This document shows, piece by piece, positions 41,173 to 51,020 of a DNA stretch of 64,000 nucleotides. Source of the DNA: Ignavibacteria bacterium (lineage in GTDB: Bacteria; Bacteroidota; Ignavibacteria; Kapaibacteriales; UBA961); assembly GCA_947491315.1 (NCBI GenBank), contig CANLII010000010.1, positions 2,210-66,209 on the forward strand, given 5' to 3'. The translations under genes and the position numbers were made by a program. Under the pieces are notes generated by a model. That model searched no databases, was not told where the DNA came from, and worked only from the letters and a program-made list of their open reading frames with translations. The number at the start of each line of letters is the position of its first letter. Position 1 is the first letter of the stretch.

Positions 41173-43322
41173 TGCAAAGGAAAATCAAGCTCCATCTCAT
41201 TATTTTCAGCATGCTCCTACTTTCGGGATGTCATACTTTTGATAATTTCACGACCTTTTTCAATACCTATTACAATATGGATAGATTGATTTGGGAAACG
41301 GAATATGATTTCGAAGGAACAGAAATCATGCGTCGTCAAAAACCGAGAGTACTCACTCCTGTAGATAGTGGAATGCGCTTTGGTCAAGATGCATTTGGAA
41401 GACCGGCAGAGATACCTCAATTTTTGAAAGACATCATGATTGAGCAGACTCGACTCCAGCCCGTGAAAGTAAAATTGGATTCCGTGATCATCAAAGGATC
41501 CAAAATCCTCAAGCAACATCCCAAGTCTGATTATGTGGAAGGTACTCTGCTCCTGATGGCAAAGTCATACTTCTATCAAAGTGAATGGGTTTCCGCAGAA
41601 ATCAAATGCGTTGAATTGATCGATCGATTCGCATTGGGCGATATGTCACCCGATGCGCATCTCCTTCTTTCCAAGATATATCTCATTCAAAGAAAATATA
41701 TACTCGGAAAAACCATGCTTTCGAGGACGGCTGATATCGCATGGTATAAAAAAAGATATGATATTCTCTCTGAAGCATTTCGATTGATGGCAGAACAAGC
41801 GATCTTCGACAATGATGAAGAAGAAGCTGTAAGACCATATAGACAAGCAATTGCACAAAGTGATGATGGTGAGATCCGCGCTCGTTGGCAATTGGATCTT
41901 GCATCACTGTATTATCGATTGGGCAAATTTGACAGAGCTTTAAAAGAATTCGATGCCGTTCTTGATGAAAGTCCCGAACTCGTTCAAGAATTTGAAGCGG
42001 AATTATACAAAGCCGCATGCTTGATGTATCTCAAAAAACATGAAGAAGCACAAGCTATTCTTGATGATCTGGATGGTAATGAGAATTTCAAAGATTTTAA
42101 ACCCGATATTCTTGCTCAAAGACTTCGCATGCTACGCATTCAAGGTAAGAAAGATGAATTCGACAAAATGGCCTCTGAAGCTCAAAAATATGCGGGATTC
42201 ATAGCAATTCCCATAGTGTATTTTGAACAAGCCATGGATTTGTTCAAGAAGGGGAAATATGAAGAGGCAAAATCATATTTCGCAAAATCAAAACCCGTAA
42301 AGTCACAAGTAAGTCCAGCAGCCGCTAAGTATTATGGTTTATTGGCAGAATGGGGACAAAAACAGGATCTACTCAATAAATCAAAACCGATTGTGGATAC
42401 TTCAATTACGGATTCTACAGCAGTAGTAGTTCATGATTCGGTTTTCACCATATACAATTTGACTAATTATCAATTAGCCAGAATTCATGATCAATTGAAT
42501 AATCAAGACTCAGCTTTGCATTATTATACCATAGCCGCACATTCAGCAAAACTGAGTGATTCCAATCGTGCGCAATATCTATTCAGTTATCAGAAAATGA
42601 TACGCAAGAATCAACCTGAAGTGGCAGATTCCATTTTGGAAATTCTTGCTTATGATTATGGAAAGACAGAATATGGACAAGAAGCTCGGATGCAAATGGG
42701 ATTCACTGATGCAGTGGTGATTGACACGCTTGGAGAATTATATTCATCAGGCATCCGCTTTCGGAATATTTCAAATTATGTGTTAGCCGCCAGACAATTC
42801 AATCGAATAGCCGAAGAATATCGGGATTCCCCGCTTGCACCAAAAGCTCTCTATTCACTTGGTTGGATGTTTGAGAACACTCTCAAGCAACCCGACAGTG
42901 CTTTGTATTATTATCGTTTGCTCGTTGAGAGATATCCTCAATCAGAATATGCGAAAGATGTAAGAGCCGGCGTAGAAATTGCACTCGCTCATCAAAGTGG
43001 TTTATATGATGTCAGCACGGGAAAAATGATTGAAAGAAAACCTTTCATTGATACGACACTCATTCCTGTGATTGATTCTACAGCTACACCTGATGCAGAA
43101 ATTCAACAAACAATCAATAATACTAGGACTTTATCGGATCCGAATGCAAATCAGCAAAAAGAACCTCTCAGACAGCGTAGACCAAATCAAAACAATCAAT
43201 TGATCAATCCAAATCAGCCGATGCAATTACCCATGAATGCTCCCCTTCCAGGCAATTTTCAGATTTCACTTCCTCAAGATGCGAGTCCAGTAGATTCCAT
43301 GAAGATAGGTGATCCGCCTTAA
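41172..43322 (+). CDS. TPR lipoprotein, PorW/SprE-like, with Q/P/N-rich tail
   Basis: Lipobox LSGC; NFTTFFNTYYN; HPKSDYV; TPR helices; ERYPQSEYA. Confidence 0.7.
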   Translation: MQRKIKLHLIIFSMLLLSGCHTFDNFTTFFNTYYNMDRLIWETEYDFEGTEIMRRQKPRVLTPVDSGMRFGQDAFGRPAEIPQFLKDIMIEQTRLQPVKVKLDSVIIKGSKILKQHPKSDYVEGTLLLMAKSYFYQSEWVSAEIKCVELIDRFALGDMSPDAHLLLSKIYLIQRKYILGKTMLSRTADIAWYKKRYDILSEAFRLMAEQAIFDNDEEEAVRPYRQAIAQSDDGEIRARWQLDLASLYYRLGKFDRALKEFDAVLDESPELVQEFEAELYKAACLMYLKKHEEAQAILDDLDGNENFKDFKPDILAQRLRMLRIQGKKDEFDKMASEAQKYAGFIAIPIVYFEQAMDLFKKGKYEEAKSYFAKSKPVKSQVSPAAAKYYGLLAEWGQKQDLLNKSKPIVDTSITDSTAVVVHDSVFTIYNLTNYQLARIHDQLNNQDSALHYYTIAAHSAKLSDSNRAQYLFSYQKMIRKNQPEVADSILEILAYDYGKTEYGQEARMQMGFTDAVVIDTLGELYSSGIRFRNISNYVLAARQFNRIAEEYRDSPLAPKALYSLGWMFENTLKQPDSALYYYRLLVERYPQSEYAKDVRAGVEIALAHQSGLYDVSTGKMIERKPFIDTTLIPVIDSTATPDAEIQQTINNTRTLSDPNANQQKEPLRQRRPNQNNQLINPNQPMQLPMNAPLPGNFQISLPQDASPVDSMKIGDPP

Positions 43323-43861
43323 TCAATGCATTGCCATATTCCGGATAATTCTCTTCCCTTCTCCTGATAATCAAGTCCATAACCTATGATAAATACAGGT
43401 GGAATCTCAAAACCAATGAACTCTTTTGAAAGATCTATTGCATGTTGATCAGGTTTTGTGAAAAGAGCAACCGTAGTGCATGAAGCGATCTGCATTGTTT
43501 CCAATACTTTCTTTAATTCCTTGATTGTGCGACCCGAATCAATGATATCTTCAATGATGAGAATATGCTTTCCGGCATAATCTCCTGCGAATTCATTCAC
43601 AGTAACCACACCCGAAGATATCGTATCACCCTTATAACTTGAAGCACGAATCATATCAATGTGCATCGGTATACGCATATGTCTCACCAAATCAGCTGCA
43701 AAGATGAAAGCACCTTTCAATGTTACTAGAACGGTGATTTCGTCCATTTTCGCAAAATGCACATTCAGCGATTGAGCAATTTCATGAACTCTTTTTGCAA
43801 TTGTATTGGGAGAGATAAATTCTTTGAACTGAAGATCATGAATGGTAATGATATCGGACAT
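43319..43861 (-). CDS. hpt: Hypoxanthine phosphoribosyltransferase
   Basis: LKGAFIFAADL, IIEDIIDSGRT, FIIGYGLDY motifs. Confidence 0.96.
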   Translation of the reverse strand: MSDIITIHDLQFKEFISPNTIAKRVHEIAQSLNVHFAKMDEITVLVTLKGAFIFAADLVRHMRIPMHIDMIRASSYKGDTISSGVVTVNEFAGDYAGKHILIIEDIIDSGRTIKELKKVLETMQIASCTTVALFTKPDQHAIDLSKEFIGFEIPPVFIIGYGLDYQEKGRELSGIWQCID

Positions 43862-43901
43862 TGTTACCTCACTATTGAACATTCATATTACTGAATTCTC
43901 A

Positions 43902-44807
43902 TTAGAATTCAAGGATATGCCGAATGCCGAACATGATGGTTGTTTGGATATCCTGCACTGAAAAGTCTTTTTGAGGCGTATATAGTACCATTGGAGATGC
44001 CGTAAGCGACCATTGATCGGAGAGATCATAAGCCATCGAAAACCCCAGTGATGTCATTGCAATCCCAGAAATTGTCTGCAACTTTCCGGGTCTGACAATC
44101 AATAATCTACGAGTCGCTATCGTATATCTCGTGCCAACGATGGATGCAATTGGTGAGAATCGAAAATCACCCCATTGAAACATTCCCATCAAAGTAAGTG
44201 CGAGATAGTTAACCGTCTCTGTTTCAGCACCAAACATTCTATCATACGAAAGATCAATCATGAATGAAGAAGACATGGCAGTGGCATTGAGCGTAAACAT
44301 ATTTGGTATGCCGGCAACTGGATTGATCGAATCTGTCGGATAGCCAAATCGCGTGAATTGTACGCCCAGATCGAGCCAATCGGATGCTGAATATTGATAT
44401 CCTATTCTTGCATTCCAACCCTGCGGACCCGACTGATCTCCAACTCTTCTTGCAAGATCAATTCCTGCCAAGAATCCACCTGTATGGGATGCTTCAGTCC
44501 CTATCGACATGATACCCTGACTTCCACTCAGATTCACCCCATTCTGAACTTGCCTATTCCGAATCAAGATACCAGAACTGAGTGTCCAAGGAAGCGGCTC
44601 ATCATATATATCAGACAGCCAAGTGGAATCCTCCAAATCCAGTGAATCATTAAGCATCAGATCCAGTGAATCATTAATAATTTCAATATCGAATAACTCA
44701 TCGGGATCGCTCGGTAGATCTTGAGCATTCGCAGATACAAACATGAAAACACTCCCCATCAGGATGATGAGGAGTGTAATAAGTTTTGATGAATGAGTCA
44801 AACTCAT
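43902..44807 (-). CDS. Putative outer-membrane beta-barrel protein
   Basis: Signal peptide, acidic linker, alternating beta-strands, C-terminal Phe. Confidence 0.6.
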   Translation of the reverse strand: MSLTHSSKLITLLIILMGSVFMFVSANAQDLPSDPDELFDIEIINDSLDLMLNDSLDLEDSTWLSDIYDEPLPWTLSSGILIRNRQVQNGVNLSGSQGIMSIGTEASHTGGFLAGIDLARRVGDQSGPQGWNARIGYQYSASDWLDLGVQFTRFGYPTDSINPVAGIPNMFTLNATAMSSSFMIDLSYDRMFGAETETVNYLALTLMGMFQWGDFRFSPIASIVGTRYTIATRRLLIVRPGKLQTISGIAMTSLGFSMAYDLSDQWSLTASPMVLYTPQKDFSVQDIQTTIMFGIRHILEF

Positions 44808-45133
44808 GGTTTTCCGGCTCTTTTCAATTCACGCAATTGACGACGACCATCACGGATTGATTCTTTGCCTGATTTGATTTGATCTTTGGCTGTGCGAACC
44901 TGATTTCTCATTTGTTGCATTTGAGCTTTGGCTTGGTCTTTGGTCAATTGACCTGATTTCACTTGCTCACGCAATTGGCGAGCTTGCTCTTTGGCACCTT
45001 TAACGACAGTGACGCCAGCTTTAACTTGTTCCTTGCCGGCATTCATTCTTTCTCTGATTTGATCTTTGTCTTGTGCAATGGCAGAGAATGTGAATCCAAG
45101 TGCAAGAAATAATGCCATGATGAATGTACGCAT
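44804..45133 (-). CDS. Small secreted basic coiled-coil protein
   Basis: Signal peptide ending AIA-Q, then K/R/Q-rich helical heptads; start moved to ATG 45133. Confidence 0.7.
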   Translation of the reverse strand: MRTFIMALFLALGFTFSAIAQDKDQIRERMNAGKEQVKAGVTVVKGAKEQARQLREQVKSGQLTKDQAKAQMQQMRNQVRTAKDQIKSGKESIRDGRRQLRELKRAGKP

Positions 45134-45207
45134 GACTGAACTCCGAAATAGTTGTATAATATAATTGAGAACTCTGTGCATTCAGACCTATCAACATGCA
45201 TAAAGGT

Positions 45208-46197
45208 TTAATCAAGACTGATTTTTTTTATGAGATTCTTTTTTATAAGGAAGGAATGGATGCGCGACTCAAGTCCTAGAGCCACAAGAGCGAGTGCTAT
45301 ACCGGCAATCACATCCACCACATAATGATAGCGAAGATATACAGTTGAAAAAATCAAACTACAGCCCATTATCAAAAATACCCAACGCAGTTTTGACCTA
45401 AAACGAAAGGCCAAGATCATATTCATGAGTGTCATCATGGTATGTCCACTCGGCATGCAATTCCTATGCATTTGTAATGCAGGTGCAATGGCCTTATCAC
45501 GAAATCCATCACCAGTATCAATGATACTGCGTATAATGTCAGTTACCCAAAGTCCAGGTAAATCACTGAAAACAGAAGAATATTCATGAACCGAAAATCT
45601 AGGACCGATTGCAGGCATGAAAAAATATGCCAGGTATGAAAGTAGAAAACCAAAAACGATGGTTCTAGTGACTCGTTCAGCTTCTTCATATAATCCACGC
45701 ATATTCAATTCAATTGATTGTGCGAAGGCATGAAAATAGAACAGTACATAAGCAATCTGCAAGAATTCTGTCAATTCTGGGAAGGCAAACTGTTGTAACC
45801 ATTCTGTTGGATTCATCCCAAAGATTGCCTTATCTAAAGACACAAGAATGGGGTCATAATCATGAGGATTCAAAACACTGATATACACAAAAGCTTGCAT
45901 GAACACCACATAGATGATCGGCAGATGATAATATCTGTGAATATTCAAGAAGATTGTACCGGCTCGATATTTACCTAATGTTGCAATACTGATGATGGTG
46001 ATTGCGATGCATACATTCTGCAAAACCAGGATGCCTATATTTGGAATTTTAGTGATCAACAGCGCTTGTATCACTGTATAGATGACTAGCATTCCAAGAA
46101 AATACCAATCGGCGCCAAGCAGTATATCTCGTAATTTGAATCGCATGAATGGTTGTGTATTCATCAGGGTATAATGTTTTCTGTTTTGGAAAAACAT
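45208..46197 (-). CDS. PAP2_3 / Aur1-like membrane phosphoesterase or phosphotransferase
   Basis: PAIGPR, MPSGH, STVYLRYHYVVD motifs. Confidence 0.85.
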   Translation of the reverse strand: MFFQNRKHYTLMNTQPFMRFKLRDILLGADWYFLGMLVIYTVIQALLITKIPNIGILVLQNVCIAITIISIATLGKYRAGTIFLNIHRYYHLPIIYVVFMQAFVYISVLNPHDYDPILVSLDKAIFGMNPTEWLQQFAFPELTEFLQIAYVLFYFHAFAQSIELNMRGLYEEAERVTRTIVFGFLLSYLAYFFMPAIGPRFSVHEYSSVFSDLPGLWVTDIIRSIIDTGDGFRDKAIAPALQMHRNCMPSGHTMMTLMNMILAFRFRSKLRWVFLIMGCSLIFSTVYLRYHYVVDVIAGIALALVALGLESRIHSFLIKKNLIKKISLD

Positions 46198-47024
46198 CTA
46201 GCCAAAGCCAAGAATTGCTCAGGTACCAATTCCTCTGCTCTCTTACTCATCAGAGATTGAATTTCAGGAGATAGTTCAGCATGATGATTGGAGAGAAATT
46301 GACTCAGTGCATTTGAGAGAATCTTTCTTCTTTGTCCAAATGCCATACGCACAAGTGGATGCACCAGTTTGTAATCCTGCATGGAGATGAACCTTTTCTT
46401 AAAATCGAATACAACAACCGCTGAATCAACCGAAGGTCTTGGAATAAAACAACCCGATGGCACTTTGAGTGCTATGCGTGGCTCTGAAACAAATCGTGCC
46501 GCTATACTCAGAATTCCATACTCTTTTGTGCGAGGTTTTGCGCAAATGCGTTCAGCAACTTCTTTTTGCATCATGATGACGGCTCTTTCCAATACATCGG
46601 ATTGCTCGAAGAGGCGGAACAAAATATCTGAAGTGATATAATACGGAATATTACCGACCACTTTCAAAGAAGGAATCTCCAATCCTTGTTCATTTCTCAT
46701 GAAGCGATTGGCATAGTCACGAAGATTGAATTTCAAGAAGTCTCCATGTTCCACGCTGAATTGCTTATTTGAATCAAACAATTCATGCAGAGTTTCAATA
46801 GCTCTTTCATCCAATTCAATGGAATGAACCATTGCCTGAGATTTCAGCAAGAATTCCGTGAGATCACCGCAACCGGGACCAATTTCAAGTATTGTATCAC
46901 CTTTATGTGCATCCATCAACATTGCTATTTGCAATGCTTTCTTTTTATCTGTCAGAAAGTTCTGTCCAAGCGATCTTTTAGCTTGAATCCGACCAGACTG
47001 AACTTTTTGCTGTTGATTTTTCAT
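46164..47024 (-). CDS. rsmA: 16S rRNA adenine dimethyltransferase
   Basis: KRSLGQNFL, EIGPG, NIPYYITS, QKEVAER motifs. Confidence 0.97.
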   Translation of the reverse strand: MKNQQQKVQSGRIQAKRSLGQNFLTDKKKALQIAMLMDAHKGDTILEIGPGCGDLTEFLLKSQAMVHSIELDERAIETLHELFDSNKQFSVEHGDFLKFNLRDYANRFMRNEQGLEIPSLKVVGNIPYYITSDILFRLFEQSDVLERAVIMMQKEVAERICAKPRTKEYGILSIAARFVSEPRIALKVPSGCFIPRPSVDSAVVVFDFKKRFISMQDYKLVHPLVRMAFGQRRKILSNALSQFLSNHHAELSPEIQSLMSKRAEELVPEQFLALARCFSKTENIIP

Positions 47025-47560
47025 AATGCAGTGCCGGATTTGATATCATCACCAAGAGTATGTTTCAGTAAGGACTGATATCCGGCTTTCAATTCTTGCA
47101 CGATTTTTTCCATGGATGAAGAAATCACTTTGGCATCGCTGATGGTGGACATAAAATTCGTGTCACCATTCCAGCGTGGCACGATGTGAACATGCAGATG
47201 TCCCGGAACGCCCGCTCCACCAGCTTCGCCAAGATTCATTCCGATATTGAATCCATGAGGAGAATACACCGCGAGCAATACATTTTGCAATTTGCGAGTC
47301 ATGAGCATGAGATCGAGATACTCTTCATCGGTCAATAAAAGAGTATCAGGACAATGTCTTTTCGGGGAGAGTAAAATATGTCCGGCATTATATGGATATC
47401 GATTCATGATTACGATTGTAAACTCAGATTCTGCTATCACTAGCGGATCATTGGATTCAGTCATAGAGGCAGAACACAAAAAACAATCCTGATTCTTTTC
47501 ATTATCACAAAATGAATCAATATAAGTGGAGCGCCAGGGAGACCATAATTGTTTCATCAT
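47021..47560 (-). CDS. HIT-family hydrolase (Ap4A phosphorylase-like)
   Basis: LWSPWR, NRYPYNAGH, HLHVHIVPRW motifs. Confidence 0.92.
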   Translation of the reverse strand: MMKQLWSPWRSTYIDSFCDNEKNQDCFLCSASMTESNDPLVIAESEFTIVIMNRYPYNAGHILLSPKRHCPDTLLLTDEEYLDLMLMTRKLQNVLLAVYSPHGFNIGMNLGEAGGAGVPGHLHVHIVPRWNGDTNFMSTISDAKVISSSMEKIVQELKAGYQSLLKHTLGDDIKSGTAL

Positions 47561-48924
47561 AAACCTCTCCAAGATTTTACTGCCGTACATTGTCTGCCAA
47601 ATGTATTTTTGATGATGATTGAACATTCAAATGCAGAAGTAATCTCAACTGACTCTAGAATTTCAATTGCACATCGTTTAACAAGTCCTGAGGAAGTGGA
47701 AACAAGTGCAATATCCTTCTGAGAAATCTGCTTAGTGAATAACTTGCCATTTTGCTTGAAGTCAATATGCACGGTACAGCCATCTTTTGGTAAATAATCA
47801 GTGTATTCAAGGATCAATAATAGTTTATCTGAATCAGCATTTCTGAAGAATTCAGCACCTTTGAATTCAGGCTGATCTTCAAGTGATAATTTTTGAATTT
47901 CACTGCTATTTTTTAAATGTTCTTCATGCACGGAAGACAATTTGATTGTTTGTGAAATTCTTTGTCTTCCCGGCTGAGAACGAAACCAAGGCAATTCATT
48001 GATGGTTTGACTGCTCGCACTCACAACTCCGTCTCCGCCTTCAAAGAGTGATTCCACGCCCATTCCAAGCAATCCCATGATGCGTCTGAATAATTCTTTA
48101 GCTCCCGATTTATTCAATACCGACAATTCTTTCATGATGTCAACATCACCGATCACGCTGATATATTCCACATCGAGTGGATGCTCACGATTGCCGGATT
48201 GTTCAATAAACCAACCTCCATCTTGAGGCCTACGAAGATCACGAATGGCGGGAGAATCAAAAGGGACATCATCTTCGGCTTTGCGAATCATTTCAGAAGC
48301 TTGCTCAACGATGGGTTTGAGAAAACTTTCCTTTCCATCCTGCAAAGATGTATTGACAGAGGTTTTCCAATTGTACACCTTGGCAAAAGCCGAACCTTGA
48401 TGTGGGGAGCCAATGGTGATGAGTCTTTGAACATGATGATCTTTCACATGCTTCGTAAGATAATGTCTGCCGGTCAATCCACCCATGCTATATCCAATGA
48501 GAATCACTTTTTCAGCACCTGTTTTCTCTCTCACAAAGGCAATGCATTGCTCCAATTCTTTGGTCCAACCCTCAACTGAATCAGTAGGATTACTGAACTG
48601 TACGGTGAAAAAATCCATAGTTGAAGAAGACCCTTTTTGATCAAGATAGATTCCCTTTTTTGAGGGTTTCAAAATACCGGCATGTTTCAAACCAAGATCT
48701 TTTTCATAGAATTTTATAGCATGTTTATCCCATACACTAGCCTTCTGTCCCAAACCATGTAATAAAACAATAGGATATGGAATTTGAAGCAATTTCGAAG
48801 GCTTCGCTTCCACATATACAGGAATATATTGCGGAATAGTGAGTTTTGTGCTTGTGCATCCCCAGAGAAAGAGTGTCAGTAATATATAGATGATTGACTG
48901 CATTGATGGAAATTCCTCAATCAA
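47557..48924 (-). CDS. Lipoprotein alpha/beta hydrolase (PGAP1/lipase-like)
   Basis: LWGC lipobox; LHGL, GYSMGG, GSPHQG, GDGVV motifs. Confidence 0.85.
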   Translation of the reverse strand: MIEEFPSMQSIIYILLTLFLWGCTSTKLTIPQYIPVYVEAKPSKLLQIPYPIVLLHGLGQKASVWDKHAIKFYEKDLGLKHAGILKPSKKGIYLDQKGSSSTMDFFTVQFSNPTDSVEGWTKELEQCIAFVREKTGAEKVILIGYSMGGLTGRHYLTKHVKDHHVQRLITIGSPHQGSAFAKVYNWKTSVNTSLQDGKESFLKPIVEQASEMIRKAEDDVPFDSPAIRDLRRPQDGGWFIEQSGNREHPLDVEYISVIGDVDIMKELSVLNKSGAKELFRRIMGLLGMGVESLFEGGDGVVSASSQTINELPWFRSQPGRQRISQTIKLSSVHEEHLKNSSEIQKLSLEDQPEFKGAEFFRNADSDKLLLILEYTDYLPKDGCTVHIDFKQNGKLFTKQISQKDIALVSTSSGLVKRCAIEILESVEITSAFECSIIIKNTFGRQCTAVKSWRGL

Positions 48925-48994
48925 AATGAATTCAATTGTACAAATTTACCATTTCACCATGATACATTGAGTATCATGAGAATTCATCTTTCTG

Positions 48995-49636
48995 ATGTAT
49001 ATTCGTAGAAGTGAATTTCAACATATGATTTTGGAAGAGGGTACATTCAGTAAGCAAACCACATATAGCATATTCAAAGGCAAAGATCCTCATGATGATG
49101 ATCAAGCAGACATGCAGAAATATTCACCGTCTTTGGCAAATCGCGTTCTTGTACTCAATCAAAGTTATGAGCCCATAAGCGTTTGCAGTGCCAAAAAGGC
49201 ATTTCTGCTGATTTTTCTGCTTAAGGCAGATCTTGTGGCTGAAAGAGAAGACAGAGTCTTGCGTTCTGTCAATGCGACCTATCCATATCCAAGCGTCATA
49301 CGCCTCTCTTCTTATATCCGCGTACGATTCAAGAATGTTGAATTATCCAGAAGGAATATACTTCGCAGGGATAATAATCAATGTCAATATTGCGGGAAAA
49401 TAACAACTCCTCTCACATTGGATCATATTATTCCTCGTTCTCGCGGTGGTATGGATACTTGGGATAATCTCGTTACAGCCTGTATTCGATGCAATAATCG
49501 AAAAGGGAATCAAACTCCCGAAGAAGCAGGCATAAAACTTGCAAAGCAACCTCGCAAACCACATCATGTCATTTTTCTCAAAAATTTCATGGGCAAGGTT
49601 GATGAGGCATGGAAACCGTATCTTTTCCTCGATTGA
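48995..49636 (+). CDS. HNH endonuclease (McrA-like)
   Basis: VLVLNQSYEP, RD-x3-CQYCG, DHIIPRSRGG, C-x2-CN-x2-K motifs; true start uncertain. Confidence 0.92.
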   Translation: MYIRRSEFQHMILEEGTFSKQTTYSIFKGKDPHDDDQADMQKYSPSLANRVLVLNQSYEPISVCSAKKAFLLIFLLKADLVAEREDRVLRSVNATYPYPSVIRLSSYIRVRFKNVELSRRNILRRDNNQCQYCGKITTPLTLDHIIPRSRGGMDTWDNLVTACIRCNNRKGNQTPEEAGIKLAKQPRKPHHVIFLKNFMGKVDEAWKPYLFLD

Positions 49637-49656
49637 TTCCTGTTAATACCTGAAAC

Positions 49657-51018
49657 ATGCTAATTTCTCTCTATGTTTTGAGACTCCATTTCGGTCCTTT
49701 TCTTTTTGGGACTTTGACCGTTATGTTTCTTTTTCTGCTTCAATTCTTGATGAATAATCTTGACAAATTGATCGGAAAAGGACTCGATAATGCCATTATC
49801 TTGCAAGTGATCATGCTGAGTTTATCTTGGATGATCGTCCTTGCCATTCCAATGGGCGTGCTTTTCTCCACTTTGATGGCCTTTGGAAGCATGTCCGGCG
49901 CACATGAAACCACTATCATCAAATCAGGTGGACGAAGTTTATATCGCATGATGTTTCCACTCATCATTATCGGAGCGGGATTATTCTATGGGGTTTACTG
50001 GTTCAATGACACCATACTTCCCGAATCGAATCATCGTTTTAAGATATTGATGCAGGACATACAAAGAAAGAAGCCGACTTTTGCGATTGAATCAGGTCGA
50101 TTTGTTTCTCAATTGGAAGGATATACCATCCTCTCAAGAAAAGTGGATACGCTCAGTGGCGAATTATATGGGGTGACGATTTATGACAATGGCTATACAA
50201 ATAGAACGAATGTATTGTCTGCCGATACCGGATCCATCAAATTTTCATCTGATTATTCCAGAGTGATTGTTACGCTTCGCAATGGTGAAGTGCATCAATT
50301 ACAAAAGCAAAAGCGTACTGATTTTCGCATGATGCGATTTTCTAAGCATGTGATTTCCATTGCTGCCCGTGATTTCCTCTTTCAGAAGTCTGATGTGAAT
50401 CCCGGTTCTAGAGGCGATCGTGAGATGTCGATTGCAGATATGCGATCTATCGTTCAAGAAACAGATATTTCTCTGAATGTCACTCAAAAGAGAATAGACA
50501 CTTTATTGAATGAGCATTATGGTGAAGTGGTTCAAGCGAGATTGCCGGGTGATTCCGCTAATGTGACCATCACACCGCTTCGTGAGAGAGTATTGACAGA
50601 ACAAGAAATCCACAAGCGAGTGCTCAATAGATTATCGGTATTGCGTTCACCATTGGAATCTGATTTGTTTCAGGCAAATGAACAGCAAAAGAAGAAAAAG
50701 GCATATTTGGTGGAGATTTATAAAAAATACTCGATACCTGCCGCTTGTCTTGTTTTTTTATTCATCGGATGTCCACTCGGAGTACTCAGCAAGCGTGGTA
50801 ATTTCGGGATTAGCGCTGCGATCAGTCTTCTCATTTATGTGGTCTTTTGGGCTTGTCTGATTGGCGGAGAAAAATTAGCTGACAGAGATTTGATTTCAGC
50901 CGAGATAGGCGGATGGTTCGGCATTTATGTTACTGGAGCCATAGGACTGGCATTGACATTCATCATGAACAATGAATTATCTGTCAAGGATCTTTGGCAG
51001 AAAATAAGAAGGACTTGA
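49657..51018 (+). CDS. LptF/LptG-family LPS export permease
   Basis: Three N-terminal and three C-terminal TM helices; E-x4-KSGG; KKYSIPAACLVF-x2-IG-x-PLG. Confidence 0.88.
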   Translation: MLISLYVLRLHFGPFLFGTLTVMFLFLLQFLMNNLDKLIGKGLDNAIILQVIMLSLSWMIVLAIPMGVLFSTLMAFGSMSGAHETTIIKSGGRSLYRMMFPLIIIGAGLFYGVYWFNDTILPESNHRFKILMQDIQRKKPTFAIESGRFVSQLEGYTILSRKVDTLSGELYGVTIYDNGYTNRTNVLSADTGSIKFSSDYSRVIVTLRNGEVHQLQKQKRTDFRMMRFSKHVISIAARDFLFQKSDVNPGSRGDREMSIADMRSIVQETDISLNVTQKRIDTLLNEHYGEVVQARLPGDSANVTITPLRERVLTEQEIHKRVLNRLSVLRSPLESDLFQANEQQKKKKAYLVEIYKKYSIPAACLVFLFIGCPLGVLSKRGNFGISAAISLLIYVVFWACLIGGEKLADRDLISAEIGGWFGIYVTGAIGLALTFIMNNELSVKDLWQKIRRT

Positions 51019-51020
51019 TT

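Noticed and set aside
48995-49636. HNH nuclease as a homing element or defence system
   Set aside because: Matches the common solitary VLVLN...YEP HNH family, sits among housekeeping genes, and has no methylase, intron or repeat context.
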